IMG/VR virus record: IMGVR_UViG_3300024999_001421
Source of the DNA: a virus
Strand: one strand, 5' to 3'
DNA length: 64,000 nucleotides
Each line of letters opens with the position of its first letter. Position 1 is the first letter of the stretch. This document shows positions 1 to 10,423 of the stretch, piece after piece. Under the pieces are notes generated by a model. That model worked only from the letters and a program-made list of their open reading frames with translations. It made no database searches and was not told where the DNA came from. A program made the translations under genes and the position numbers.

Positions 1-821
1 CGGGGATAAGAGGTATTGACGAAGCAATAGGCGGTTTTATGACTGGAGAAGTAAGTATATGGACCGGCAAGCGTGGTGGCGGTAAATCTACCGTATTGGG
101 ACAAGTCCTGTTAGAAGCGATAAATAAAAGGTTTGTTGTTTGCTCATACTCAGGAGAATTAAAGCAGGCTATTTTCCGCTACTGGATTGACTTGCAGGCA
201 GCAGGTCCAGGAAACATGGAAATGAAATTCGATAAGATAAAAAACAAAGAGGTGGCACATCCTAAAAAAGAAGTTGTTACCAAAATAAGAGAATGGTATA
301 AAGACTACTTTTTCTTGATTGATAGTTATGGTTCGGTGACAGATAAAAACCTTATTGAAACTTTTGAGTATGCGGCAATGAGATACGGTTGTAAGGTATT
401 TTCGATAGACAACCTTATGACTACAGAATTTACGAGCGAGGATAGGGATTTTTACCGCAAACAATCTGAATTCGTAAAAAAATTAATTGTTTTTGCTCAA
501 AAGTACGATGCGCATATTCACCTTGTGGCGCACCCAAGAAAATCTGACAACTCCGTATCGGGTACAGCAGACACAGAAAACAGAGCGGATAATATTTTCA
601 TAGTTAATCGGTTAAGCGATAAGGATAAATCTGACTTGGGCGTTGATACAGTTATAGACATAGATAAGAACCGCTTTAGCGGAACTCAGGACGTTTCGGT
701 AGGACTTAATTTTATACCAGAGTGTAAGAGATTTTGCATGTTTGGAGAAAGTCCGAAACAGTTTGGCTGGGATGAACCGACAATTGCCGAAGTAGAACAA
801 TTATTCGCAACAGAGGCATAA
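1..821 (+). CDS. SF4 (DnaB / T7 gp4-like) replicative helicase, C-terminal part; 5' end lies outside the window
   Basis: Walker A TGKRGGGKST, SGE motif, Walker B-like FSIDNL, HLVAHPRK, KNR arginine finger. Confidence 0.9.
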   Translation, partial: GIRGIDEAIGGFMTGEVSIWTGKRGGGKSTVLGQVLLEAINKRFVVCSYSGELKQAIFRYWIDLQAAGPGNMEMKFDKIKNKEVAHPKKEVVTKIREWYKDYFFLIDSYGSVTDKNLIETFEYAAMRYGCKVFSIDNLMTTEFTSEDRDFYRKQSEFVKKLIVFAQKYDAHIHLVAHPRKSDNSVSGTADTENRADNIFIVNRLSDKDKSDLGVDTVIDIDKNRFSGTQDVSVGLNFIPECKRFCMFGESPKQFGWDEPTIAEVEQLFATEA

Positions 822-868
822 CCACGCCCCTACCAACCGTAAGCGGTAGGAATATTCTCAAATAAGGA

Positions 869-1282
869 GTGAAACGTATGAGCGAATTTATCTGTATTAA
901 CTGCGGTGAATGCTGTGGTCCGGTGCCTATCTCAAATACGGACTGGGATAAGATTGTAGTAGCAGTAAAAAATATGAGGTTTGTTGACATTGAACATCTT
1001 ATGGAACAGAAAAGAGATAACATGACCTGCATTTTCCGCGACACTTTTTATAATAAATGTGCGATCTATGAACACAGACCGCTAATTTGCCGCTTACAGG
1101 GAACTCAGGAAGGATTACCTTGTCCGAATATGCCGAGATACGCCAAGGGTGATGATGGCAAAGTCGCTTTGTACCGTGAGTTCGGAGAGAATAACGAGCA
1201 TTTTAAGGGAATTCTTAGTGATGATATTGGGTGGAAAGAAATTTTGGAAGTTATTGGAAGGAAGGAGAAAAACAATGCGTAG
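869..1282 (+). CDS. YkgJ/FliB-like CxxCxxCC zinc/iron-chelating protein
   Basis: CINCGECC...CIF...CAIYEHRPLICR. Confidence 0.85.
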   Translation: MKRMSEFICINCGECCGPVPISNTDWDKIVVAVKNMRFVDIEHLMEQKRDNMTCIFRDTFYNKCAIYEHRPLICRLQGTQEGLPCPNMPRYAKGDDGKVALYREFGENNEHFKGILSDDIGWKEILEVIGRKEKNNA

Positions 1283-1682
1283 ACCAACAGTATATCTCGC
1301 CGGAAAAATGTCCGGACTGAGTAAAGAAGAAATGAGCGAGTGGAGAGAAAGAGCAACAGGCGACTTAGTTGAAGCAGGTTTCCGTATACTTAATCCGGTA
1401 AATACCGACTTCGGAACCAACGTAACCGACAGAGAAATCATTGACAGTAACGACTTCCAGATTAGTCATAGCGACATTATTCTTGCCGAGTTGGATTATG
1501 AGCAAATTTCTATCGGTACAATTTGCGAGATTGTGGAGGCGAGAAGGCAGGGAAAACCAGTAATCGCATGGGGTACTGCTTATGGCATCATTAATCATCC
1601 GCATATTCGGGGCAGGATTACGCGGCATTGTGAGGATTTGGAAAATGCCGTTCAGTACATCATCGAAAATTATTACTTGTAG
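1275..1682 (+). CDS. Nucleoside 2-deoxyribosyltransferase-like protein
   Basis: VYLAG, ILNP, SDIILA, SIGTICE, GKPVI motifs; ATG 1275 follows AGGAG. Confidence 0.85.
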   Translation: MRRPTVYLAGKMSGLSKEEMSEWRERATGDLVEAGFRILNPVNTDFGTNVTDREIIDSNDFQISHSDIILAELDYEQISIGTICEIVEARRQGKPVIAWGTAYGIINHPHIRGRITRHCEDLENAVQYIIENYYL

Positions 1683-1833
1683 GAGGTTATGTATTGCTAG
1701 AATTATTCGACAAGGCACTACTATATACAACTGTATGCTTAACCTGCTTGCCGTGGATTGTCGTTATTATAATTGGCATTAGGGGCGGTAAGGTAACTAT
1801 TGAGTTCGGAAGGAATAGGAAGGAGGAAGGTAA

Positions 1834-2145
1834 ATGAGAACATGCCACATCAACGTATTGCCGGATCAGATTAAGCAGATAGCGGAAAGCATCAAGGGTG
1901 CTAATCCTGGCAGCGTTTTAGTTTTACCGATTGTCAATCCTATCAGCACATATTCACCGACCAAGAAAAAGAAATTTCACAGGATAAATGTTGAAATTGT
2001 AATACCGGAGGGTGCTTTAAATAGTGCAAATGCCCTTACCGATTTTGGAGTTTTCGCCGTGCTGCGGATACCTGATAAATATATTTCTGAGCAGTATTTA
2101 ACTGAGAGGAAGAAGGAGGATACCGCAAATGGAAAACCTGTATAG
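1834..2145 (+). CDS. Hypothetical protein
   Basis: Strong RBS, operon context. Confidence 0.7.
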   Translation: MRTCHINVLPDQIKQIAESIKGANPGSVLVLPIVNPISTYSPTKKKKFHRINVEIVIPEGALNSANALTDFGVFAVLRIPDKYISEQYLTERKKEDTANGKPV

Positions 2146-2521
2146 ATTTACGAGGGATTTTGGCAGGATGGGAGATTTAGAAGGTTTGTTTATATCTACT
2201 GAGCAGGAAGTTAAATCTGCTATAGGTAAAAAGGTTTACTTTGGCGAGGTATTAGGTAAGCATAGCGAGGTTTATTGTGTTTTAGAGGACAAAGACATTG
2301 CCGAAGTTCCTGTTCTTAAATCTACAGTAGAGGACATGGAAAAGCATATTGGTGTAAGTATAAGCGGATATAACCCATTAGACTATATATCGCATGAGTG
2401 TAGTGTTTGCGGCGACAGTATGACAGTACAGGACTGTGATTGGTATAGGAATGGTGTTGGTGAAGATATTTGCGAATACTGCGCTAATGGCATAGATAAG
2501 TCAGAATTGACTAAGTTATAG
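2129..2521 (+). CDS. Hypothetical protein with C-terminal zinc ribbon
   Basis: CSVC...CEYC; RBS GGAGG. Confidence 0.7.
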   Translation: MENLYRFTRDFGRMGDLEGLFISTEQEVKSAIGKKVYFGEVLGKHSEVYCVLEDKDIAEVPVLKSTVEDMEKHIGVSISGYNPLDYISHECSVCGDSMTVQDCDWYRNGVGEDICEYCANGIDKSELTKL

Positions 2522-2720
2522 GAGGAACGAAAATGCCCAAACAGAAACGTCACAGACAACCTAAGTTGAAAATAATAGTTGACCTGCCCAATGACAGTAA
2601 CCGGAAATGGTACGACGAGAAGTACCGGAATAGTTTTCGGGATCGCAGGGGAGTTGTGCTACATGATTTCCGGGACGGACTTTCGCCGGGTTATTGTGTG
2701 GTAGCGGTGGAGGTAGTTAA

Positions 2721-3346
2721 TTGACCGATAATAGCGTAAAGATAATATTGGATTTATGTGGTGGGACTGGAAGTTGGAGTAAACCTTACCTTGAAGGCGG
2801 TTATGATGTACGAGTTATTACTTTACCTCAGTACGACATATTTTCCTATGAACCTCCGGGGGGGGGTATGCGGGATATTGGCTGCACCAACCTGTACTCA
2901 TTTTTCTTTAGCTAGGACTAACGCAAAAAACCAAGGGATTTAAAAGAAGCAATGAGGTTAGTGTTAAGGTGCTTGCAAATTGTTTGGGAAGTGCAGTACG
3001 AGTTGCCTTTTGAAAAGGCACAACATACGAAATTGAAATTCTGGGCATTAGAGAATCCTGCCGGTTTTTTAAAATTCTTTTTAGGTAATCCGTCGCTAGA
3101 ATTTAACCCGTTTGATTTTGGCGATGATTGTCGTAAAAAACCCATCTTTGGGGAAATTTTAAACAACCAAAAAAGAACCCCATTCATTGCGAGGTTGGTA
3201 AATTCGACAAAAGACTTTTGTATGAACTTCCCGAATTCCCCGAAGGTTTTATTTATGATAGTGGGTGCGGATTGGATAAAAGGCAGGTACGGAGAAGCAT
3301 AACACCGCCAGGATTTGCAAAAGCATTTTTCCTAGCTAATCAGTAA
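2721..3346 (+). pseudogene. C5-cytosine DNA methyltransferase-like gene split by three homopolymer frameshifts
   Basis: LDLCGGTG (motif I), AAPTCT (motif IV), ALENP (motif VI), RSITPPGFAKAF (motif X) lie in different frames; breaks at G9 2858-2866, A6 ~2925 and A6 ~3135. Confidence 0.85.
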
Positions 3347-3369
3347 GCGAAATCGAAAGGAGATCCCAA

Positions 3370-3581
3370 ATGCAAAACAAAACCCCTACGACAAAGTAGG
3401 CGAAAAATTCAGCACAACCGGAAAGAGAGTTGAGAGAAATATTAGGTATGTACTCAAGAAAACTCAGGAAAACGGAACGGTAGAATATGCCGAAATGTTT
3501 CACGGGAACATAGTTAAGGCACCTGTCGTAAGTCGTTTTCTAGCTACGGTTGCCGAGCATTTGAAGATGCAAGATAGTTAG
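3370..3581 (+). pseudogene. Spo0A C-terminal effector-domain homologue with no receiver domain; ATG is out of frame
   Basis: Frame from 3384 reads PYDKVGEKFSTTGKRVERNIRY...APVVSRFLATVAEHLK, like Spo0A LYPxIAKKYxTTASRVERAIRH...KPTNSEFIAMVADKL; not in the ORF track. Confidence 0.8.
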
Positions 3582-3696
3582 TCAATTAGATTTAAAAATA
3601 ACAGCAAAATTAGCCCCGCACAGCTTTGAAAATTGCGCGTAAGTAGTTTTACATGCTAATGCTGTGAATAGGGCGTATATAGAAGGAGGATATGAA

Positions 3697-4416
3697 ATGT
3701 ACGAATACGATGGAGAACCTTGCTACGAACCAACACTTGCCGATGTAATAATGATGGAATATCAGCAGAAAATGAAGGATGCCTTGCTGGAAAGTGTTAA
3801 ACTGGAAATTGAGAGTATTGGAAATGAGAACTCGGCACTAAGGAAAGAAATTGCAGAACTGAGAACTAAAAATCTCGAAGTAATGAGGAAAGAAAGCGAA
3901 TTAAAATATAAAGAAGAAAATCTCAAAAGAGAAGTTATTAATGAATTTTATCAAAGCAATATTGGCGATATTTTAAAGCAATATACCGAGGAGTATGAGG
4001 TATGGTTTACTGGCATAGAACGATATCAAAATGAAAAATGTAACATATGTAACGAGGAAAGAAAATTAGTTGCAAATTTCCCGAATGGTGAAATTGCCAA
4101 AACTACATGCACTTGTGCGAAAACATTAAGTAAAAGGGTTCCTGCATCGAGCACAATTGAAGTAATTAGATTTAGCAAACGAGATAGCAGGTATTCTTCG
4201 GATAGACACTTTTATTTCAGTAGAAGTTATTCTCCTCCTGATAATAGAGATGAATATGATTACCGAGAATTTAAAATTTATCACGTCGCCAGTGAATTCA
4301 ACGAAGGTATTATTGAATTACACGAAAACAGAAAATATGGCGAGAGGTTAGGATTTAGAAATAAGGAAGAATGTCAGAAGTATTGCGATTGGTTGAATAG
4401 TAGAGAAGTATCGTAA
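3697..4416 (+). CDS. Hypothetical coiled-coil/zinc-finger phage protein
   Basis: RBS GGAGG before ATG 3697; CNIC...CTC; ECQKYCDWLN tail. Confidence 0.75.
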   Translation: MYEYDGEPCYEPTLADVIMMEYQQKMKDALLESVKLEIESIGNENSALRKEIAELRTKNLEVMRKESELKYKEENLKREVINEFYQSNIGDILKQYTEEYEVWFTGIERYQNEKCNICNEERKLVANFPNGEIAKTTCTCAKTLSKRVPASSTIEVIRFSKRDSRYSSDRHFYFSRSYSPPDNRDEYDYREFKIYHVASEFNEGIIELHENRKYGERLGFRNKEECQKYCDWLNSREVS

Positions 4417-4508
4417 AAAATAATTATTAGCCCCACGCAGGCGACTTAATAATATGGGCAGGGTTTTGTACCTGCTGTCGTGAATGGGGCGTAGAAGGGG
4501 GTTCCAAT

Positions 4509-5438
4509 ATGCCACCACTAGCAAGGGTTTTATTGAAAGAGGAACTTGAATACATGAAGCAATGGGGAGGTAAAGCATCGCTCTCCAATATTGGAGTAAA
4601 TTTACTAATGTCAGAGCAGCAATTGGGTGCATATATGAAAAAACACGGCATACCGAGGGCAAATAAGGGTGCTAGGTACCTTATCGCGCCAGACAAATAC
4701 GAAGGACCAACATCTTACGTGCAGCGAGGAAAGGATAATAGATTTGTTAACCTTTTTGTTAGACAGAAGATAGAAGGAAATATTAGACCGCCGGATAAAC
4801 CCTGGAGCATGGAAGAAAGTTTTGCTAATCCGATAGTTGTTGTGAGTGCAATAGCAGGTGTTATGGTTAACCGTAATAGCGGTAAGGGTGAATGTCTATG
4901 ATTAAAGTTAACGATAAAGTAAAACCTCTCCGGGGGCGCAACAAAGGCAAGGAGGGTGAGGTAAGGTCGATTTACAAAAACGGTTTATGCTATGTTTACT
5001 TTGGAGTAAATAACTACAGTTTTTATTTTCCCAAAAATTTGGAGGTGGTGAAGGATGGGGAGAAAGAGCGCAGTAAAGAGAGATCGGGAGATAGTTAAAC
5101 TAAGGCATGAATTAAATATTTTGTCAACTAGATTTGCAGTTCTGTGTGAGGACAAAGAAACTATTGAGCGTGCTATTGAAATGATGCAGGAGAACAGCGA
5201 GTTTAAACTACTTGCACTTAAAGAACATGCCGAAATGCTAAAAGTTGTTGCTGAATTACTGCAACCTGCATTAAACGATATAACAATACTAAGGCAAAGT
5301 AACTTCGACTACCAGATTAAGTTGCTGAGTAGTAATCTGGACGAAGCGCAAGAAACTATTATAGTGCTTGCCGCCAGAATTGAAGAATTAGAAAACACCG
5401 CATGGAGAAGGTTTTGCCGGTGGATTAGTGGGAAATGA
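4509..5438 (+). CDS. Three small hypothetical genes (4509-4901; 4892-5098, KOW/SH3-like; 5055-5438, coiled coil)
   Basis: Overlapping ORFs with RBSs; KVNDKVK...GRNKGKEGEV resembles a KOW motif. Confidence 0.6.
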
Positions 5439-5585
5439 TCTACCGTTTGCGGTATAATATTACTGAGAATGGGAGGTACTATGGGGCGCAAAATTAGTAG
5501 GCCAAAGCAGGATAGGCAGAAACTTTATGAGGAATTCAAAACTGCCGCTAAGGTAAATTTACCCAAGAAGAAGGGGGATAAGTAA

Positions 5586-5789
5586 ATGAAAAACTTTTTT
5601 AACTCTATATCTAAAGCTAAATTTAGTACAATAGAGATTTTTAGCGTTATGGTTGGTGCGTTGGTGGGTTGCGAGGGAAATGACTTAATTGGACTTGCCA
5701 TTATGTTTGTAGGTTTTGCTGTTAACGGATTTATTAGCGGCAGAATTAGCGCAAGTATAAAAGTTACAAAAACAGAGGGGGAGAAGTAG
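5586..5789 (+). CDS. Small membrane protein
   Basis: Two hydrophobic segments. Confidence 0.6.
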   Translation: MKNFFNSISKAKFSTIEIFSVMVGALVGCEGNDLIGLAIMFVGFAVNGFISGRISASIKVTKTEGEK

Positions 5790-5790
5790 A

Positions 5791-6510
5791 TTGGCAACAC
5801 AAACATTTTTAAAGGCAAGGTTAATACGTGAATCAATACCAGCAGACGCATATAAAGCATGTGCCGGGACAGCAAAACAATGCTACAGTCCCGACGATGT
5901 GCAGACAATTATAGAACTGCTCAATCAGCAGGACATTGAGCGCGTAATAGCACATTGTGCCAAGTCAGGACATTTGGCCGTATTTAATGTGGTATCGGTG
6001 GCGGTAGCAGTAAACGTAACAAGGGAGTGCCTAACACAGTTAAATACTCACGCATTTGTCAAGACAGTTACCCAATCCCAGCAGTATGTTGACCATAGAG
6101 ATTTTAGGTATCATGTGCCGGAAGTTTTAGTAACTGACTATGAAGCAAATTTAAGGTTTATCGGTCTAATGGAAATGCTGCAACAGGAATATAATTGGCA
6201 CCGCGACAACTTAATGAGTAGAGGTTTTACTAATGAAGAAGCCAGAATGAACGCCAGGGCAGTTTTGCCAAACGCTGCCGAAGCAAATACCGTATTAGCA
6301 GGAAACCTATGGGCATGGTTCAACTGGATACAAAAACGTATCTGCAAAAGAAATACTCCGGTAACGCTGGATTTGGCACAGCAGATTTTAAAGTTATTTC
6401 AGGCAGAATGGCCGCTTATTTTCAATCATTGTGGAGCGCCTTGTCAGACTGGAAAATGTACGGAAGGCAAGTCGTGTGGAAAACCATATCCTAAGTTGGA
6501 GGATAATTAA
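5791..6510 (+). CDS. thyX: ThyX-fold flavin-dependent thymidylate synthase homologue with a degenerate signature
   Basis: SGH, TRE..TQL.TH...SQQYV, ARAVLP, C-terminal C-C-E-C cluster; next to dCMP deaminase. Confidence 0.8.
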   Translation: MATQTFLKARLIRESIPADAYKACAGTAKQCYSPDDVQTIIELLNQQDIERVIAHCAKSGHLAVFNVVSVAVAVNVTRECLTQLNTHAFVKTVTQSQQYVDHRDFRYHVPEVLVTDYEANLRFIGLMEMLQQEYNWHRDNLMSRGFTNEEARMNARAVLPNAAEANTVLAGNLWAWFNWIQKRICKRNTPVTLDLAQQILKLFQAEWPLIFNHCGAPCQTGKCTEGKSCGKPYPKLEDN

Positions 6511-6975
6511 ATGGCTGATTATATGAAACTTGCCGAGCGTATGGCAAAATCATCTGATTGTAGAAGAAAGCAGACAGGGGCGGTTATTGTTAAAAATGGT
6601 CGGCATATTACAGGATTTAATATATTGCCTACCGGCATAGAGGAAGGATTTTGCGACAACTGTCCAAGAGAAGGTAAGCAACCAGGGAAATGGAACGGTG
6701 AATGTCCTGTTACTCATGCGGAAAAAGATGCCATTATAATGGCCGCAAGATTCGGCTTTCAGACCGATTGGGCGACAATGTACTGCACGTATAAGCCATG
6801 CCTTGATTGCTCTATGTTGATTGTTGAGGCAGGTATTCGTAAGGTTGTTTACCGGGACGAGCATGAGTTTAATGACGGAGTTGACTATCTCCGCAAGTGT
6901 GGCGTTGAGGTTGAACGATACCAAGAGTCAGACCCGACTATTAAAGAAAATCCCGACGAAGGAGAGATTGAGTAA
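6511..6975 (+). CDS. dCMP deaminase
   Basis: GAVIVK, HAE, PCLDC zinc motifs. Confidence 0.93.
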   Translation: MADYMKLAERMAKSSDCRRKQTGAVIVKNGRHITGFNILPTGIEEGFCDNCPREGKQPGKWNGECPVTHAEKDAIIMAARFGFQTDWATMYCTYKPCLDCSMLIVEAGIRKVVYRDEHEFNDGVDYLRKCGVEVERYQESDPTIKENPDEGEIE

Positions 6976-7583
6976 TGTCAATACACGATGTACGCAAATT
7001 AGGTCGTGAATACTGCCAAACGGACGGTTCCTCGCATTATGTGAAGATTAGAGAGAATAACGGCATTGATGCCATAGAAGTAGCAATGGCAAACGGTATA
7101 TTCGAGGACTTTGCTATTACTAACATGGTGAAATATGCTTTGAGATTTAAGCATACCCGCAACCTCAACGATTTGAAAAAGGTTTCCGACTATGCTCATA
7201 TCTTGTCCGGCGTGGAACTAGAGAAGCAATGTGCTGAGGTTATTAAGATATCAAATATCAAGTCGGAAAAGACATGTGAGAGTTGCGCAAACACTGTAAC
7301 CGTTGATGGTGAAAAAATTTGCCATTCTGCTGACGAGAAAACGCGTTTCTGCAAGGACAACGATCTTTGCTTTTGGGAACAGGACAAGTCTAAGAAAGCC
7401 AGTGAACCGGATAATAAGGGGTTATTAAGAGGATGCTTTGCCTGCGGTAATAAGGATAGCCGATTCAGCGATGGATGCAATCTTTCCTACCGCAAAGCAA
7501 CAGAATGTAGGGGAGAAAACTTAAAACACTACGTATCGGAAGATGCTTTGCTAGATATTTCTGGACCGGAGGTAACTGATTAA
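6975..7583 (+). CDS. DUF3310 (T7 gp1.7-like) domain plus Cys-rich tail
   Basis: SHY...IDAIE...NMVKYALR...DLKK. Confidence 0.75.
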   Translation: MSIHDVRKLGREYCQTDGSSHYVKIRENNGIDAIEVAMANGIFEDFAITNMVKYALRFKHTRNLNDLKKVSDYAHILSGVELEKQCAEVIKISNIKSEKTCESCANTVTVDGEKICHSADEKTRFCKDNDLCFWEQDKSKKASEPDNKGLLRGCFACGNKDSRFSDGCNLSYRKATECRGENLKHYVSEDALLDISGPEVTD

Positions 7584-7915
7584 TGAAAATTAACGAATAT
7601 CAGGAATTAGCGCAGCGTACCGCAAACCCGGAACTTACGCAATTTGAGAAAATTGAAAATGGTTTAATGGGTTGTTGTGGAGAAGCGGGAGAAGCAATTG
7701 ACATTTTAAAGAAACATAGATTTCAGAATCACGAACTTGATAGGGAAAAGTTAATTTTAGAGTTAGGTGACATATTATGGTATTTGGCTCAAACAGCAGT
7801 TGGTTTAGGTGTTGATTTGGAGTTTATTGCCGCTAAAAACATTGAGAAGTTAAATAAACGGTATCCTGTAAAGTTTAATGCAGAGCAAAGTATTAATCGG
7901 GATAACGACAAATGA
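7583..7915 (+). CDS. MazG-like nucleotide pyrophosphohydrolase
   Basis: GEAGE...KK...ELGDILWY...NIEKL..RYP. Confidence 0.92.
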   Translation: MKINEYQELAQRTANPELTQFEKIENGLMGCCGEAGEAIDILKKHRFQNHELDREKLILELGDILWYLAQTAVGLGVDLEFIAAKNIEKLNKRYPVKFNAEQSINRDNDK

Positions 7916-8080
7916 TCGCAAAATGGAAATGTGAGTGCGGTCAGGAGAATTGGTCAAACGTATATAGCGCAGGCACCACGACAGTTAAATGCGTGAAATG
8001 TTATGCCGACTATGCGCTTACTACTAAGATCGTTATGGTGCAGTTAATGGGAGGGAGAACAGAAAAAGGGAGTTGATATT

Positions 8081-8602
8081 ATGGCTAAAGGAACTACTTG
8101 GAGTGAAGAAGAAACCGCTATAATGCGCGATAACCTTGACAAAACTCCTGCCGCGTTAAGAAAAATTCTTCGGGAGGCAGGATATGAGCGCGAGTATTTT
8201 TCAATCTCCAATAAGAAAATCTGCATACAGAAGCCAAAAGTTAAGGACAGGGTGAAACTTAAATTCAGCGGAGTATCTTACAAGAAAGTCTTTGATGTTG
8301 AACAGCAGGTCAGGGCAGAACATTTTCTCAAAGCGCTAACGACTATAAACCGCAAAGCAACTGAGGTTGGTGCGGTGGTTGACATAATGAAATTTATTAA
8401 CGCTTACGCCTGCGAGTACGGAAAGGGCGGCGACATGTCAGAGCGTTTTGTGCTATCTGATTACCGAAAACAGCAGATTTCCGCTTTATATGATAGGGGT
8501 GATTCTGCTTATTTTATATCTCAGAAAATTGGACTAACTAGAGATAAGGTTTACTGCTATCTCAGAGAAATTGGTTTAATGACAGGTATCGCTAATGGCT
8601 AA
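8081..8602 (+). CDS. Hypothetical DNA-binding protein (Myb-like N-terminus, C-terminal HTH)
   Basis: WSEEE start; ISQKIGLTRDKVYCYL. Confidence 0.6.
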   Translation: MAKGTTWSEEETAIMRDNLDKTPAALRKILREAGYEREYFSISNKKICIQKPKVKDRVKLKFSGVSYKKVFDVEQQVRAEHFLKALTTINRKATEVGAVVDIMKFINAYACEYGKGGDMSERFVLSDYRKQQISALYDRGDSAYFISQKIGLTRDKVYCYLREIGLMTGIANG

Positions 8603-8797
8603 GCGCAGACGAAGGAAAAAGAAAAATCCTCATTGCGGGTGGTGCTTATCAAAACTCCACCCCGGCAAGATGGGGTGGATGCGGGTTATGCGAAAGAATT
8701 GTCTGAATAAGAACGGCAGGTTTAAGTCGTGTAGACATTTTATACCTAATATGGATCATCCTAAGTGGAAATACGAAGGATTTAAGGATTTTGGAGG

Positions 8798-9145
8798 TTG
8801 TTAATGGGAAATGTAAAAAGTAAATACCATTCGCGCAAAGTTGAAGTTGACGGGATAAAATTTGACAGCGTAAAAGAAGCTAAGAGATATAAAGAACTTA
8901 TTCTCCTTCAAAAAACGGGAACCGTATTGGAGATAGAATTGCAACCTTCATTCGTCCTACAAGAAGGATATAAGAGGTTTGGAAAGTCAATTAGACCTAT
9001 TACCTATCGAGCAGACTTTAGAGTTAAATGGAAGGACGGTAGGGTGCAAATAATCGACACCAAAGGATTTAAGACAAAAGACTACTTGATTAAGAAAAAG
9101 ATACTGCTGTTTAAATATCCTGAGTTAGACTTTGTTGAAGAATGA
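8798..9145 (+). CDS. DUF1064 PD-(D/E)xK endonuclease
   Basis: SKY...VDGIKFDS..EA.RY..L...YRADF...IDTKG. Confidence 0.9.
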   Translation: MLMGNVKSKYHSRKVEVDGIKFDSVKEAKRYKELILLQKTGTVLEIELQPSFVLQEGYKRFGKSIRPITYRADFRVKWKDGRVQIIDTKGFKTKDYLIKKKILLFKYPELDFVEE

Positions 9146-9329
9146 GATTAACTTCAGATCAAGAAATCAAACTAACTAAAGAGTTTATCGACTTTTGCGA
9201 ACTCAATCGGGACAAGTTGACCGGAATGAAAGACAATTCTACCCGGATGAATTTTATGTGGGAGAAGTTGCCGCATATTCCGCAGTATTTGGTTCTAAGA
9301 GCGGTTAGACCTTACTTAATCAAGGGGGT

Positions 9330-9707
9330 TTGAGTTTGGATTGTGAACCGAAGAAAGTAATTGCAGTTTTTACGGGCAGATTTCCCATAAGTATAGTCTA
9401 CGAAGAACTCCCTAAAGAATTACAGGAGATCGTGAAAACTCACGAAGAACTTCTTAGAATAATGACAGAGAGAGAAAATAGACTTAGGGAGTTGTCGGAA
9501 GAAGTGTGTTCTATAATCATTGAGTGTAGAGATGACTTTATTCCTGAGTATATCCTTGAAGAACATTTACCGCTTTGGCGACAGCATAACTTCACCGACA
9601 GAGCAAATTTCCGCAACATTGGCAGTAGTTTTTGCCGTAACTATTTACGCAGGGCCAGGGCAAACCTTTGGTCGGGGCAGAGAAAAAGGCAGGGGGTTGA
9701 TATGTGA
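9330..9707 (+). CDS. Hypothetical protein
   Basis: ORF in operon. Confidence 0.55.
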   Translation: MSLDCEPKKVIAVFTGRFPISIVYEELPKELQEIVKTHEELLRIMTERENRLRELSEEVCSIIIECRDDFIPEYILEEHLPLWRQHNFTDRANFRNIGSSFCRNYLRRARANLWSGQRKRQGVDM

Positions 9708-9985
9708 TGTTTGGTTTAGGTTTAGCTGTTGGTCTGTTTATTGGCTGTATGGTTGGCATGACTATCATGTCTCTAATGTTTATTGCTAGAAAAGAAGATG
9801 CGGAGATTATGAGAAATGCCGAACAGTAACCTTGAAAAAGTAGTCGGACCTGATCCTCGCTTAATTAGTGAGCAGGTTCCTATAAACTTTAAGAACGTAG
9901 ACGGGAAAATGGTCTATATGCCGAATTGGTGGGTTGGTATACCAGATCCTCCTAAGTTTGCTGAAGTTAAGAAGGGAGGAAATAA

Positions 9986-10423
9986 ATGAGAAAACCTCTC
10001 GCAGATCCATTTAAGCAGGAGAAACAAATAGTCTCTAATTATCTAATTAACTATTTTGAGATAAAGTTACAATACGAACAGAACCGGGAGAGGATACTTG
10101 AAAACTCTCCCCCGCCTCCTGACGGTATGCCTCGCGGTAGTAGCGTTGGTAACAAGACAGCTAGTGCAGGGATCGCGCTGGCATCGTTGGCGGTAACGGA
10201 AACGTGGTTACGGGTTGTTCGGGAACTGGTAGCAGGTTTGAGCGGCGATGAATTGGAGTTGCTGGAAATAAAGAGAACATATAGGGAGCACATTAAAGGA
10301 AATTCTGTAAAGGAGTATATATCAAGAGAACTTGGGGTAAACGTGAAAACGGTTTATAATAGGTGGCAGGGGATACTAGAGCGGGGACGGACGTTGGCTA
10401 TTAGAAGGGGTTTATTGAGGTAA
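9986..10423 (+). CDS. RinA/ArpU-like transcriptional activator
   Basis: PPPPDGMPRGS..GN.T motif, C-terminal HTH, last gene of the replication block. Confidence 0.75.
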   Translation: MRKPLADPFKQEKQIVSNYLINYFEIKLQYEQNRERILENSPPPPDGMPRGSSVGNKTASAGIALASLAVTETWLRVVRELVAGLSGDELELLEIKRTYREHIKGNSVKEYISRELGVNVKTVYNRWQGILERGRTLAIRRGLLR

